Shown here one piece after another: positions 36,849 to 48,532 of a stretch of 64,000 nucleotides of DNA. The translations under genes and the position numbers were made by a program. Under the pieces are notes generated by a model, which saw nothing but the letters and a program-made list of their open reading frames with translations, had not been told where the DNA came from and ran no database searches. Numbering within the stretch: the stretch's first letter is position 1; each line of letters starts with the position of its first letter. The DNA is taken from positions 108,874,001-108,938,000 of the forward strand of contig NW_024704743.1 of NCBI RefSeq assembly GCF_018977255.1, read 5' to 3'. The DNA is from Callorhinchus milii (taxonomy: Eukaryota).

Positions 36849-39559
36849 AAGCTTACTTTTCTTCATTGAGGAAATTACAATAGTTTCAATGGGGTTTAAA
36901 AGGTTCTCAGCAATTAAACGTAATCACTGATTGAATTGGTGTACTCACGGAACAGTGGAACGTACATGGAAGTTGCCTCTGGGAAATGCACTTCACATCC
37001 CAGAGCGTGTTTCCCATCATGAGGTGCCATTTATACTATGGTTTTCTCGTCGAGTGTTTTGTCAACCCTCAGTTAATGTTGGCCCATCACTTCCTCTGAT
37101 TAACAATTTTTAAACGTCATTTTGCTGAGATACAGTCTATTTTAAAAATTATAAAAATAGGCAGTAGCGAATGGGTGTAAGGTTGTAATTTAGTCCCTGG
37201 GTTTGAAGGATGTTCATAAACAGCTCAGCTTCACATTTGTAGTTTATGGTGCCATCTGAATACTGCAATGTAGCTAGACTTATTATCAGTCTCCGTCGTG
37301 CATATGCCCATATTTTACTGTAAAGTCATTTTAATCACACTTTTTAGGTTGTTAAACCATAAAATATACAATTCAAAACTATTATATTCAAATTGATATT
37401 CTGAGTAGTTAAACATAGATACAGGAGCTGGAAACTTGTCCTCATTTTCTCTCAGGCTAAGGTTTCCTCTTATAGATTGGTCATTAATTGGTCAATAAGA
37501 GGAATTAATAAATTCAAGTTGCTGCTGTTATTGACTGCACTACACCATCAGTCTGGCTCAGTTGGTGGCACATTTTCCTCAAAGTCAGAAGGTTATGGGT
37601 TCAAGCCCCACTTCGGGACTCGGACTCTTATAGTCTAAAGTTGAGATGTCCTCCTGATGTGAAAGGCACGATATTAAATGGAAAGATTTTTTGTTTAGTA
37701 CCTGTCAAATCTTAATAGCTCTGCTGATGAGAGTATAGATCGTCAGCCTTCATCCAGACCACTGTTAGAGATTAAGCACAGGCTGTGTGTTGCCTGCTTT
37801 CAGTGCAGAGTCTGCTATTGATCAATTTTAATCAATCCATAAATGCAATAATTAATAATTATTTAGCTGCATTCAATTAAATAGACCCATTTTGACACCT
37901 TGTTAAGTGTGCCATTGTTTCCAGCTTCTGCTTTTTCAGTCCACTATTGATCAATTTTAGTGAAAGATTAAACGCTACCATTGATAAAGCAATTGAGTCA
38001 CATGAGATTGAAGTACATTTTGCACTTTGGAAACACTGCACATGAAACCAATTGAACTGTTCCACTTGAAAGACATTGTTCATGAGCTGAAAGAACATGA
38101 AACACCCAAAGATGCCTTGCTGGTTTGCTTTTTTAAATATGGTTCTGAATGACCTAAAGTGGGGTTGCTGATACTTGAGTTTTGCTCCTTGGTCAGCCTG
38201 ATGTTCCTGAAGTTTCCTACATGAGACCCATGTTTTGTCCCCCAAGACCATTTTCCTATGGCACTTGTACGGTTTCTGTTATGGTTTTCTTGTTCAACTT
38301 AATCGTGGGAAATTCAGGGTGTCAGACTGGCTCAGTTGGTAACTCCTCTCACCTCTGAGTTAGAAATTAGTGGATTCAAGCCCACATTGGGTCTTTTAGA
38401 CTTGTAAAATAAAGAAAATTTGACAATTTTTATAGTGTTTTATCACATCTAAATGCAATAATGACTTAAGTCCAGTAACTATTTTACAGGAAAATACCAA
38501 GTAATTCTGCTACCAGAATTCCACAGGCTGGAGGATTGTTATAGCCAAGACTGGAAGAAACTCACTTCTCTTTTCAAACAGGTGTTTTGGGATCTTTAAC
38601 ATCCACCTGAACATGCGGGTGGGACTTCATTTTAATATCTCATCTGAAAAATGACACCTCTATAATGCCACCCAAACCCCACTACTGTATTTAATAATAT
38701 AGATTATTATGAGTTTCAGTACCAACCTGGAATGCATTATTGTATTAATAGTTATAAGGCAATTTGACATGATTAGGTACTTTGTTAAATATAAGGAGCA
38801 GGCAGGTCAGAGGACTACTGAACTTATCCCCTTCCTCCCCACTTTCAAAATCTGCCTTAAGACTTACCTCTTTGTCCGAGCTTTTGGTCATCTTTTTCTC
38901 CCCCCCCAGCTTCAGCTCCCACCTCCAGGCTCAGATGCACAGCCAGCTGTAAAAAGTGCTTTGCGATATTCCAATGACATGAATAAATGCAAACTGCATT
39001 GTACTACGTTGTGTATTTTGTTCTGCCATCGTATTTTGTGTTTATGAGAGATTTAAATTTGGACAGCTAAAAATAATTCTTACATTTAATATAGTAACTT
39101 TCACGTCAAGAGGATGTCTTCAAGTGCTTCATAGGATATGCCGTCCTGTATATTTTGTAGTCGATGCCCAGTGTTTGAAGTTTTAGTGGTGTTTCCTCTC
39201 TATAAAGGGGTGGGGCAAATCCAATCTGACCAATTACCATATTAGACACTTAACCTATAAGACTCCATCTGTTGCTCATCAGCTCAGTCACTTAATTGAT
39301 CCAGGTCTCTTAGCATTTCATCAATCTCTTATGTACATCACTTGGCTGCATGGCTTGCTGTCGGCAGTGAAGTGTGTAACATTGCAGATGCACCTTTCGC
39401 TAAAAAGGCACAATATAAATGCAGTTTGTTGTTGTTATACATATGAACAATGAAACAGCAGGAGATGCAGAACAAGTTCCTGTGAAATGCTTTTGCTGTT
39501 TGTTATCATCTGTTTTCTTTGCTAATTTTCCATTACTTCATGTGCCTGAATCTTATTTT

Positions 39560-40097
39560 TAATAATAATAATCCTGGCATTTGGTAAAGTGCCTTTCACA
39601 TCAAGAGGATGTCTCAAAGAACTTCACAGGAATTTACTGTAAAGGTGTAGTGACTACATGTTTTGAAAGCAAATACAACAATTTGAAACAGCAATGCCCC
39701 ACAAACAGCAATGAAGCAAAATGATCAATTTTATCTGATCACTTTATAGAAGTGACTGTGTACTTTGTAGGCAAACTCAGCAACCATTTGCACAGAACCA
39801 TCTCGCACAAGCAGCCATGAAATGATCAATTTTTCATTTGGGGGATTGTTGGCCGGGATACTGGAGAAACTCCCTTCTCATTTTCAAAATAGCGCTTGGC
39901 ATCTTTACCATTCACCTGAATAGGCAGATGGGATCCCAGTTTAACCTCTCATCTGAAGAACAACATCTGCTGACAATGGAGTGCTCCAACTGCACTGGAG
40001 ACAGCCTAGACTATGAGCTCAAAGTCCCGATTTGCGGCTTGAACCTACTATCTTCTGACTCAGTGGCGAGAGTGCTACCGCTGAGCCAGGCTGACAT
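39560..40097 (-). mobile_element. SINE family A with a duplicated Deu segment (or two tandem copies)
   Basis: The block cacaaacagc.atgaa..atgatcaattt occurs twice (about 39700 and 39806); head at 40020-40097. Confidence 0.8.
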
Positions 40098-40295
40098 TCT
40101 GAAAGAATCTCAATAAAGTCATGATCTACTGTTCTAAATTCATGATGACTACTTAATGATCGAGTTTGTCTCCTCTCATGCAAGGTGATCATTCTGCTAG
40201 CACATTCACAAAACCACCAAGGATCTAATACGATGTCCACATACATTTGCTTGGGAAAACCGCACAGCATTATGAAGATCTGGAAGCAGTTTGAC

Positions 40296-40893
40296 CATTG
40301 GCGGCCGGGCCTTCAGCCACTCTACCACCACCCTCTGGAACTCCATCCCGCAGTTCCTCCGCCTCGCCCCCTCCCTTATCTCCTTAAAAACCCATCTCAA
40401 GACCCTTCCTCTTCGGTGGAGTCCTGTAGCTCAGTGGTTAGAGCATTAGCTTTGCAAGCGAGAGACCTGAGTTCAATTCCAGGTAGGGCAAAACCTTGGG
40501 CAAGATTCCTTACTCCACACACCTAATAATAATCCCTCCAAAACCAAAAACAATAAATAAATAAAATAAATTGGTCATTTTCAATTTACGACTGTTTGTG
40601 CGATACTGCTGTGCGCAATTGACTGCCACGTTCACCCACAAATATACAGTTAATTCACTTTACAGTGTGTTCTGTGAAGCGCTTTGGGACGTCCTCCCGA
40701 CGTGAAAAGTGCTATATCAAATGCAAGGATTATTATTCGACTGTGCCTTCAGTCACCCTGCTTCAAGCCCCTGCCTTTCATCCTCCCTAATCCCAAACTC
40801 TAGCTCAGGTCCAAAACACTGATTGTCCAATGCCTTGGGACGTCCTCCCGATGTGAAAAGCAATATACAAATGTAATTTTGCTATTGTTGTTG
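40296..40893 (+). mobile_element. L2 3' end interrupted by a SINE
   Basis: cttcctcttcg|...|actgtgccttc rejoins the L2 LFDCAF frame; tail at 40840-40893. Confidence 0.85.
40416..40737 (+). mobile_element. Full-length SINE family B (tRNA-Ala-like head)
   Basis: Box A tagctcagtgg, anticodon loop TTTGCAA, box B gttcaattcc; ccttgggcaag segment; Deu-like segment; L2-like tail; TTCG duplicated at 40412-40415 and 40736-40739. Confidence 0.92.
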
Positions 40894-41824
40894 TCTGCCC
40901 ACCCTCTGTGTTGGGAAATTGCCCATGGTACAAAGGAGCATAAAAGTGTGGAAGGAGGTAAGGAAATGGAATGGGATGAAAAAATCCACCCTCGTTATGC
41001 CTATGATTCCATTCACAATTCACATCCACAATTCCAGCCACAATTCACATCCACTCTAATGGAAAGATATTCATATCAGAGTTGTAAAAAAATATCTGCA
41101 GCTAACCATTTGTACAATTTTATTGTAAGTAACCAAAGGTGAAATAGATGATACTCCCTCACCTCCTCCATTACCTGATAATGAAGCATGAATACCTCCA
41201 TCTGTACCCCATAAACTGCTTTCACTTTGAAGTCACTCACCTCCAAAGTCAGACACATTCAAAGATGACATTTTTAAATCTGAAGACAAAGACAGAGCTT
41301 TTAGCTTCCAATTTGATATGTAGATATTTGTGAATTTTCCCAAAATTATCCCTTTGGGTTTAGAATGTAAATTTGCTATGAGTCTAGTACATGCACTGCT
41401 AGTTACACTGAATTTGCCTGATACTGTCAATTTGAATGTTTTGGTTGTTGCCCAGTAACAATCCAGTTACCCAGTATTAGCTTTCTTTGACTTAACTATG
41501 ATTAAGCCAATTCTTGCTTCACAGAAAACAACATAAAAATTACATTTATATTGCGCCTTTCACATTGGAAGAACATCCCAAGGCGGTGGCGAAATCAGCA
41601 GGCATTGGTGAATCCTTTATACTTGCAGCTCTCCAAATGTGGAGTTTCCATTGTATAATCTTGCCGGCGCGATAAGGCTCACTATCAAACACAAGGAATT
41701 ATAATGCCCAATTTCACAAAAATCGTTGTGAAATTCCAATATCTGCAGCAGATTGTAAAAATATCTACAGCTTCAGTACAGAAGAAGTTGTCAGTTTTGT
41801 TTGTCTTGTTTCTCTTTAGCTGCT

Positions 41825-42025
41825 AGGCCCCTAATCTCTGGTAGTCCCTGCCTCAATCTGTCTGCCTCGTCCCTTCTTTTCCTATCTTACCTGAAAACCT
41901 ACCTCTTCAACAAAGCCTAAAAAACACCATGCCCATTCTCCCTTGCTCTGCATCCAACCCCACCATTGTGCAGGGCTCTGATACGCTATCCTGTGAAAGG
42001 CACTATATAAATACAAGTTGTTGTT
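41825..42025 (+). mobile_element. Old L2 3' end
   Basis: ctgaaaacctacctcttcaac; tail gtgaaaggcactatataaatacaagttgttg. Confidence 0.7.
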
Positions 42026-44589
42026 CTTTTTTACACAACAGTCCTAAATGTGTTAAAGTGATAGTTTGGAAAGTTGAATACTGATCAATACCGTCGACCA
42101 ATTTATCAGGTTCCTTCTCTTTGTTAGAGGTCTTTAGATTGTTTCTTAGTTTGCCCCAAATTATAAAGTTCTGCATTGGCTGTGAGTCACTGTGCTATTT
42201 ATCAACGTAGAGTGAGTGCAATGTACTACACACTGTGATAACTGATATATATTTTTGACAGCACCACTGAGCTTCAGCAAAAACAATTTTTGTTTTCTCT
42301 GTTCGTAATTGCAACCAATATGGGGCTGAAGAGGTTAATTTACATCTTGACAAAGCAGTGAGTTTGAAAACAAGTCGAAAAACAAATCCATGAGCTGGAA
42401 CTTTGTGAGCACCCACTCAGAGTGGATTAATGAGGAGTACACTGCTGTGAAATTATGTGTCCTCTCAGTCAGTAAAATGGTCCTAGTGGTGCGTGACCTT
42501 GAAATGAGGTGAAGCAAATTTCACCTGATCCACAATTACCAAATCCTAATGGGGAAGGGAGAAACCGAAGAATTGTGAAATGCCCACAAAAATGCATGCA
42601 ACGATACACACGCACAAACAACTACACGGTTAAAGATGAACAAATAAGACATTAGGTTAAGCAGTGTTACATGCCTGGAAATATGATGATGAAATTAACT
42701 TCTTTCAAAGACTATTGAAGTGCATTCAGAGTAGTGCAGGTAAATGAAAACCTCTTTACCGACGGAATTAGATCTTTGTGTTTCTTTTTCCAGTGTTAAT
42801 AACATTTATCTGTGTGTAATTTTCTGCCCGATGAAATGTTTTCGAGAGATGATTTCCAGCCTTAGCTACCTTACATGACAGTATTACTAAGGATTCATCA
42901 AGGAGCCATCTGCTGTAGTTATGAAAGCAGGAAAGACTGGCCTCTGAGTATGGGAGAAGGCAATCTGCCTGCACCCTAAACATTCAGCAATTACTCTGCA
43001 GATGATGTCCCAATAGTACTTTCCTGAAAACAATTATTTTTCTATGTCTTGATTTTTTATTTCCAAGATTTTACAGCATTAAAAGCTTCGAGTCTATTTC
43101 AGATTATTATGGACATTCTACCTGTTAGCAGAACTCTGTTTCAAATCTGATAATCCTGACACAAATGAATATTTTCTTCAGTCCTTCAACAGAGTTCTAA
43201 CTTTTCCTTACTCAATTATAGCATTGCTATCAGTTTAAATTATAGAGCAAGAAATATAGTGTTTAATATATGTACAGCCTACTCTGTGCCACTAATAACC
43301 TGTCATTTTTTAAAATTTGGATGTCATATCGTATTTCATTGCAGCAATACCAGACAGCATCATACAGACAAAATGTTTCAGCAAATTGTGAAGAATATTG
43401 CAGATCAAACCATCAGAAGGTTAATGCAGAGCCTTTCATATTTTCTGACCTCTTGATCCAGGATGTGACACCTGCAAAATGAACAGCTCGCGGACTTAAA
43501 TTGTTTAACTGTGGGCTGATCAGTTTTATTATCTTGCTAATCCAGATATCAGCCATTTCATCAAAATAGAAGATATGCATATCATGAATTATTTTGACAC
43601 GCAGACCTTTTAATTTTCGCCAGCAATATTTCACCGTACCAATCAGGACTCAAGTCAGGGACGCTGCTTTTTGCGGTGTCAGAGAAGAGTGCACTTGTGA
43701 CAGGGCCAAATCATCAGGGAGCTATAATGAGCTATCTCTGCAATTATTATTCTTTCCCATATTCAGCCATTTAATTATAACTTTAGCAGGCCGAAATTTC
43801 ACCATGGGCACAGCTACACATACGCAGTATTAAACTGATTTAATACCAAAGTCAACACCACACTGGATAGCATCCTAGACAGATATATATGAAGAGATTT
43901 CAACATCCATATATCAGTTAGGATGTTTCCCCCCTTCCCCCGAAATACATTGGACTGATTTCTTTCTACGTGTAATTACCATCTGCCTTGCCATTGCTAT
44001 TAAAAACTCTGCTTAGCGTTGATAAGAACGTTTTGTACTTTTATATTTCTTTACTTTGCAAAGATCCGCCTGCTTGATTAAATGTGGAAGATTCCTAAAC
44101 ATGACAAACACATTTGTACAGCGCCTTTCACATCAGTCTCTTCACACAGCTGACTGGAAGCCCAAGCCGGCGGGAAGAGAAAAGATGACTGAAAGCGCAG
44201 GCAAAGAGATAGTACTTAAACCTATCTTGCATGCTAAGGACCCTTTTTATATCCAGTGTATCATAGACCCAATACATCTGATAAATGTGGAGGAGAGGTG
44301 CAATTCATCAATTGGTTTGGAGAATAATAACAAAAATCATTAATTGTCTTCTAGGACACTTGTCACATTAACACCACGTCTTATTTTTATTTTTTTTAAT
44401 AAAGTAATTAATAATTTAGCTCTTATAATTCCTTCAATTCTTTAATGAAGTAATAATTGGACTCATTATTCGGTCATCTTTCCCCTCCCCATCTCCTCAG
44501 CTCCCATTCTGGGTGTCCATACAGCATTGTCAGGTGCCTTGAGACATCCACCCCATGTGAAAGGTGCTGTGTAAACGTATGGCCTTTAA

Positions 44590-44840
44590 ACTGAGAATGA
44601 GGATTTTGAATTTGATCCTTTGAGGGATGGGGAGCCAGTGGAGTCAGGCGAGGGTGAGAGGGATGGGGTCACGGAGCCTGGTGCATGGGAGTACATGAGC
44701 TGCAGAGTTTTGGATGATCTGCAGCTTGTAAAGGGAAGAGTTGGGAAGGCCGATGAGGGAGGAATTTCCATAATCGAGCCTTGATATGATGAATGCATGG
44801 GGAAGAGTTTTGGCAGCCTGTGGGGTGAGACAGTGGCGGA
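44590..44840 (-). mobile_element. L2 ORF2 C-terminal fragment
   Basis: Reverse of [29 protein letters not shown]; separate L2 tails flank it at about 44480-44585 (+) and 44915-45060 (-). Confidence 0.8.
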
Positions 44841-46649
44841 TAAATAAAGTAAATCATGATTTGGTTCTTTTATTACTCCAATTCCTTGGTGATATTTCTT
44901 TCAACACAGCACAATGCAAATTTACAATTATAGAGCAACTTTCACATCAGGACAATGTCCCAAGGTTCTTAACAATCCTGGCTTGGCATCTGAGCCAATG
45001 GAGGTTGGAAGAAATGGCCGAAAACACGGTGAAAAAGGTAGGTCTTGACATGGACCTAGAAAGAGCAAGTTTAAGAACAAAGTCTTAACAATAACAACAT
45101 GGAGAGAGAGTAGTCCATTCAGCCCATCAAACCTGCCCTTCAACAAAGTACACAAAGTCTAGCCTATTGTGAACATTCTCTCCAGAGCAAAGTTCAGCAT
45201 TGATAGGTCCTACTCACCAAACCCAATCAAGCGGATAAAACTGTGATTGTGCCATCAGCATTCTTTGACCTCACCCCATTAACTTGTCCTGCCCCTTCCA
45301 ATGTAGCTAAGGGCACTGTTGCTAACATTACCTATAAAAGATCAACCTTGGAAGATGTTAACCATCTTAGGGTTGTCCTTTCACAGAATACTATCAATGT
45401 GGTGGTTCTGTTTTCCACTTTTGCATCTTGTTTCTACCCTTGGACATCGCTCTTTCTCTTTCAGGTAGTGATGCACACATATGCAGACACTGTATGAATA
45501 TGGTATGTTGTCTCATTTTTGATATGTTGATTATATTTTATAGATGTTTTAGTCTATAATTAAAGGTTATTAGCGTTGGCTTCATAAGATTCTGGTCTCA
45601 GAAATGAGCCTGTCTTATTTTGGATGTTGCATAGCGTTACATAGAGTGATATGGTAGGGAAACAGGCCATTCAGCCCAACTCATCCATGCCAGTTTATAC
45701 ACTCAGCATGAGCTTATTCCCCTGTCCTTTACCCTCTATTCCTGAAATTCCTTTTTATATTGCATTTGGAAAAATGAAACTTTTTTTTAAAAAAAGTATA
45801 AATCAATTGTATTTGTGACAGCACTGAAATAAATAACAAAATAATCCTTGCTTTTGATATAGTGCATTATCACATCACTGAAACATCACAAAGCTCTCCA
45901 GAGTATTTACTGAAAACTAGAGTGACTGTGTATTCTGTAGGTGAAATTAACCTATGTCTCCATGCAGAATTAAGTGTCGTCAAAATGCTACAAGATAAAC
46001 TAAACATCTTAAAACAGCAGAGAAGTCATTGTGGCCTTTGTTATTTGCTGTTTGATGTGTAATCAATTCAATAGCTCTCTGTTTATAAATGATTACATTT
46101 TCTGGTGCTTTAACCTCTTACAGATATGGTAATATTTGGGCAATCTATTAAAGAAAATACCACATGATGAAGTCCAATGATGGAGTTACCCATTTTGAAT
46201 CAAATTATAGCAAATAAGGCACAAAAACTACAATGATTGTGTAGACTGCTGTAATCCTCGTTTCAAATACCCAGGATTACAATGTAACAAAGAAATCAAT
46301 TTTCAGTTGTTAATATGCTTGTGTTTTTTACTCAAATAGCAAATCAGTTCCCAAAGATTTAAATCAAATAAAAATAGCTGTGTTTAAGAGTTGATCCAGA
46401 CAGAATCTATTGAAAATTGATACATGCTTGTAATTACATGTTAGCTTTTTTTGGGTTCAGATGCCCCTGGCTTGGACTTTTTCTTTATCCAATCCATCCT
46501 TTTAAGCCAAAATGCAGAATGAACGTGGGATTGAATTGATGCCAGAGCAAATGCTCTCTTTAAGCAAACATTCCTGATGGCTGTAGTGCAGCGAGCAGTA
46601 ACACAAGGATGTGAAAGGTGCTATATGAAATGCAAGGATTTGATAGATA

Positions 46650-46800
46650 ATAATAATAATCACGTCTTTGAGACATCTCAAAATGCTTCACAGAATATAC
46701 TGTAAAGTGAATTAACTGTATATTTTGTGAGCGAACATGGCAGCTAATTGCTCACAGCAGTGTCCCACAAACAGTCCTGGATTGAGTGACCAAAGTATTA
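46650..46800 (-). mobile_element. SINE family B 3' half
   Basis: cttcacagaatatactgtaaagtgaattaactg...cagcagtgtcccacaaacagtc. Confidence 0.8.
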
Positions 46801-46857
46801 TAATTTTTTATTTTAGATATAATAAATAAATAAGTAATTTGTACAGTTGCATTCTGT

Positions 46858-47092
46858 CCCCACTGGAACTCCAACTCAATGTCCCTCCGCCTTAGCAGTC
46901 CCTTTCTCCTCACTTTCAAGACACCAGCAATAAAACGTATTGTTTCCACTGCACTTTTAGACACCTTTCCCCTCCCTCCTCAGGTCCCACCCTCCCCCCA
47001 TATGCACACATAGCTCGGATTCCCAAGCAGATCTTGGGATGCTTTGACACATTCACCCGATGTGAAAGGTGCAATATAAATGTAAATTGTAA
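46858..47092 (+). mobile_element. Old L2 3' end
   Basis: ctggaactcc; tail gatgtgaaaggtgcaatataaatgt. Confidence 0.65.
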
Positions 47093-47149
47093 TTTTGAAA
47101 GCTTCATCACATCTTCTAAAATACAGCAAAATGTAGGTACAAATCAGGG

Positions 47150-47480
47150 GTCAGCCTGGCTAAATTGGTAACAGTCTGGACACTAAGTCAGAAGATTGTG
47201 GGTTCAAGCCCCACTTACGACTGTGAACTCACATAGTTGCTGACACTTCAATAAAGTACTAGGAATGTGCTGCATTGGTGGAGGTGCTGTCCTTTCGATG
47301 AGATGTTTAATTGAGGTCGCTTCTACATGTTCACATGGACCTTAAGGAGCTCATGGCTCTATTCAAGAAGAGAAGGGAGTTTCTCTCTGTGTCCAAGGCA
47401 AAAATCCTCAAGATAAAATTCATCAGCACTTCCTGACTGTTTGTGGGATATTGCTTTGTGCAAATTCGCTGCTGTGTTCA
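47150..47480 (+). mobile_element. SINE family A lacking its tail
   Basis: agtcagaagattgtgggttcaagcccc head; Deu body through tttgtgggatattgctttgtgcaaatt. Confidence 0.8.
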
Positions 47481-47502
47481 TTGACAAAATAAAAAAGTTT
47501 CT

Positions 47503-48055
47503 GAGAGATGGGGATCCAGTGAAGCTGGGCAAGAACAGGGGTGATTGGTTCACAGAGCCTGGTGCAGCAGGGAACACGAGCTGCAGAGCTCCGAATGATC
47601 TGCAGCTTGTGGAGGGGACAGTTGGGAAGTCCAGCGAGTAGGCAATTGGCGTAGTCAAGCCGGGACATGATGAAAGCGTGGATCAGGGTCTCGGCGGCCT
47701 AAGGTGAGAGGCAGTGATAGCGGAGCAGGTGGTGGGTTTCATATGGGAAATGATGAAGATGAGTGAAGAGGGGGAGACTGGGTTAAAAGTGTGAAGGGAG
47801 GGATGGGTGGGGGCTGGAAGGGGAGTGAGAAGTGGAGACAGTGTGGCGTTAGTGGGGGTCAAGGCGGCACAGCAGATCCCTTTGACTTTGGACACAAGGA
47901 AATCCATCATCTCCTCACATTTGGTGTTGGAGGAGAGGATGGCAGAGGCGTGGGAGGGTGGACGGAAGAGTTGGTTAATGGTTGAAAAGAGGATTGTGGG
48001 GTTGTCCTTAGCTTCCAAGATGATTTTGGAGACACTCTGCTGGACAGAAAAACAA
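47503..48055 (-). mobile_element. L2 ORF2 fragment with the RT domain deleted
   Basis: Pre-RT linker (LFSTINQL..CEEMMDFL..FNPVS..IISHMKPTTC) joined directly to post-RT AETLIHAFIMSRLDYANCLL. Confidence 0.85.
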
Positions 48056-48225
48056 TGATATTCCATTGTTGTGGAGAATTCATTTTAAATGGAAATGTTG
48101 GAAATCTAAAATAAGTGATCACAGTTACTAGAAATAAAGTGGGTCAATGGTCTGAAAGAATAAAATATATTAACATTTCGGTTTTGACTGATCACCAGAA
48201 GAGTCATTAACTTTAAACTGTATGA

Positions 48226-48490
48226 ACCTGAGTTCAAATCCCGGCAGGGGGCGAAACCTTGGGCAAGTTTCCTTACTCCTAATAATAATCCCTCCAAAAC
48301 AAAACAATAATAAATTGGTCATTTTCAATCCACGACTGTTTGTGGAACACTGCTGTGCGCAATTGGCTGCCGCGTTCGCCCACAAATATACAGTCAATTC
48401 ACTTTACAGTATACTCTGTGAAGTGCTTTGGGACGTCTAGAAGACGTGAAAAGTGCTATATCAAATGAAGGATTATTATTATTTTTATTA
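48226..48490 (+). mobile_element. SINE family B, 5'-truncated at box B
   Basis: gagttcaaatcccggcag..gaaaccttgggcaagtttccttactcc; Deu segment; tail. Confidence 0.9.
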
Positions 48491-48532
48491 CCTTAACTGA
48501 GTTGGTAGCATTCTTGTATTTCGGTCACATGC

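Noticed and set aside
37877..38251. 124-aa minus-strand ORF
   Set aside because: No domain signature or convincing splice-site pair.
40416..40490. tRNA-Ala gene
   Set aside because: No acceptor stem, and it continues into a SINE body; it is a SINE head.
45465..45502. Plus-strand 38-bp candidate exon (SDAHICRHCMNM)
   Set aside because: Good splice signals but no partner exons or recognisable homology; expected by chance.
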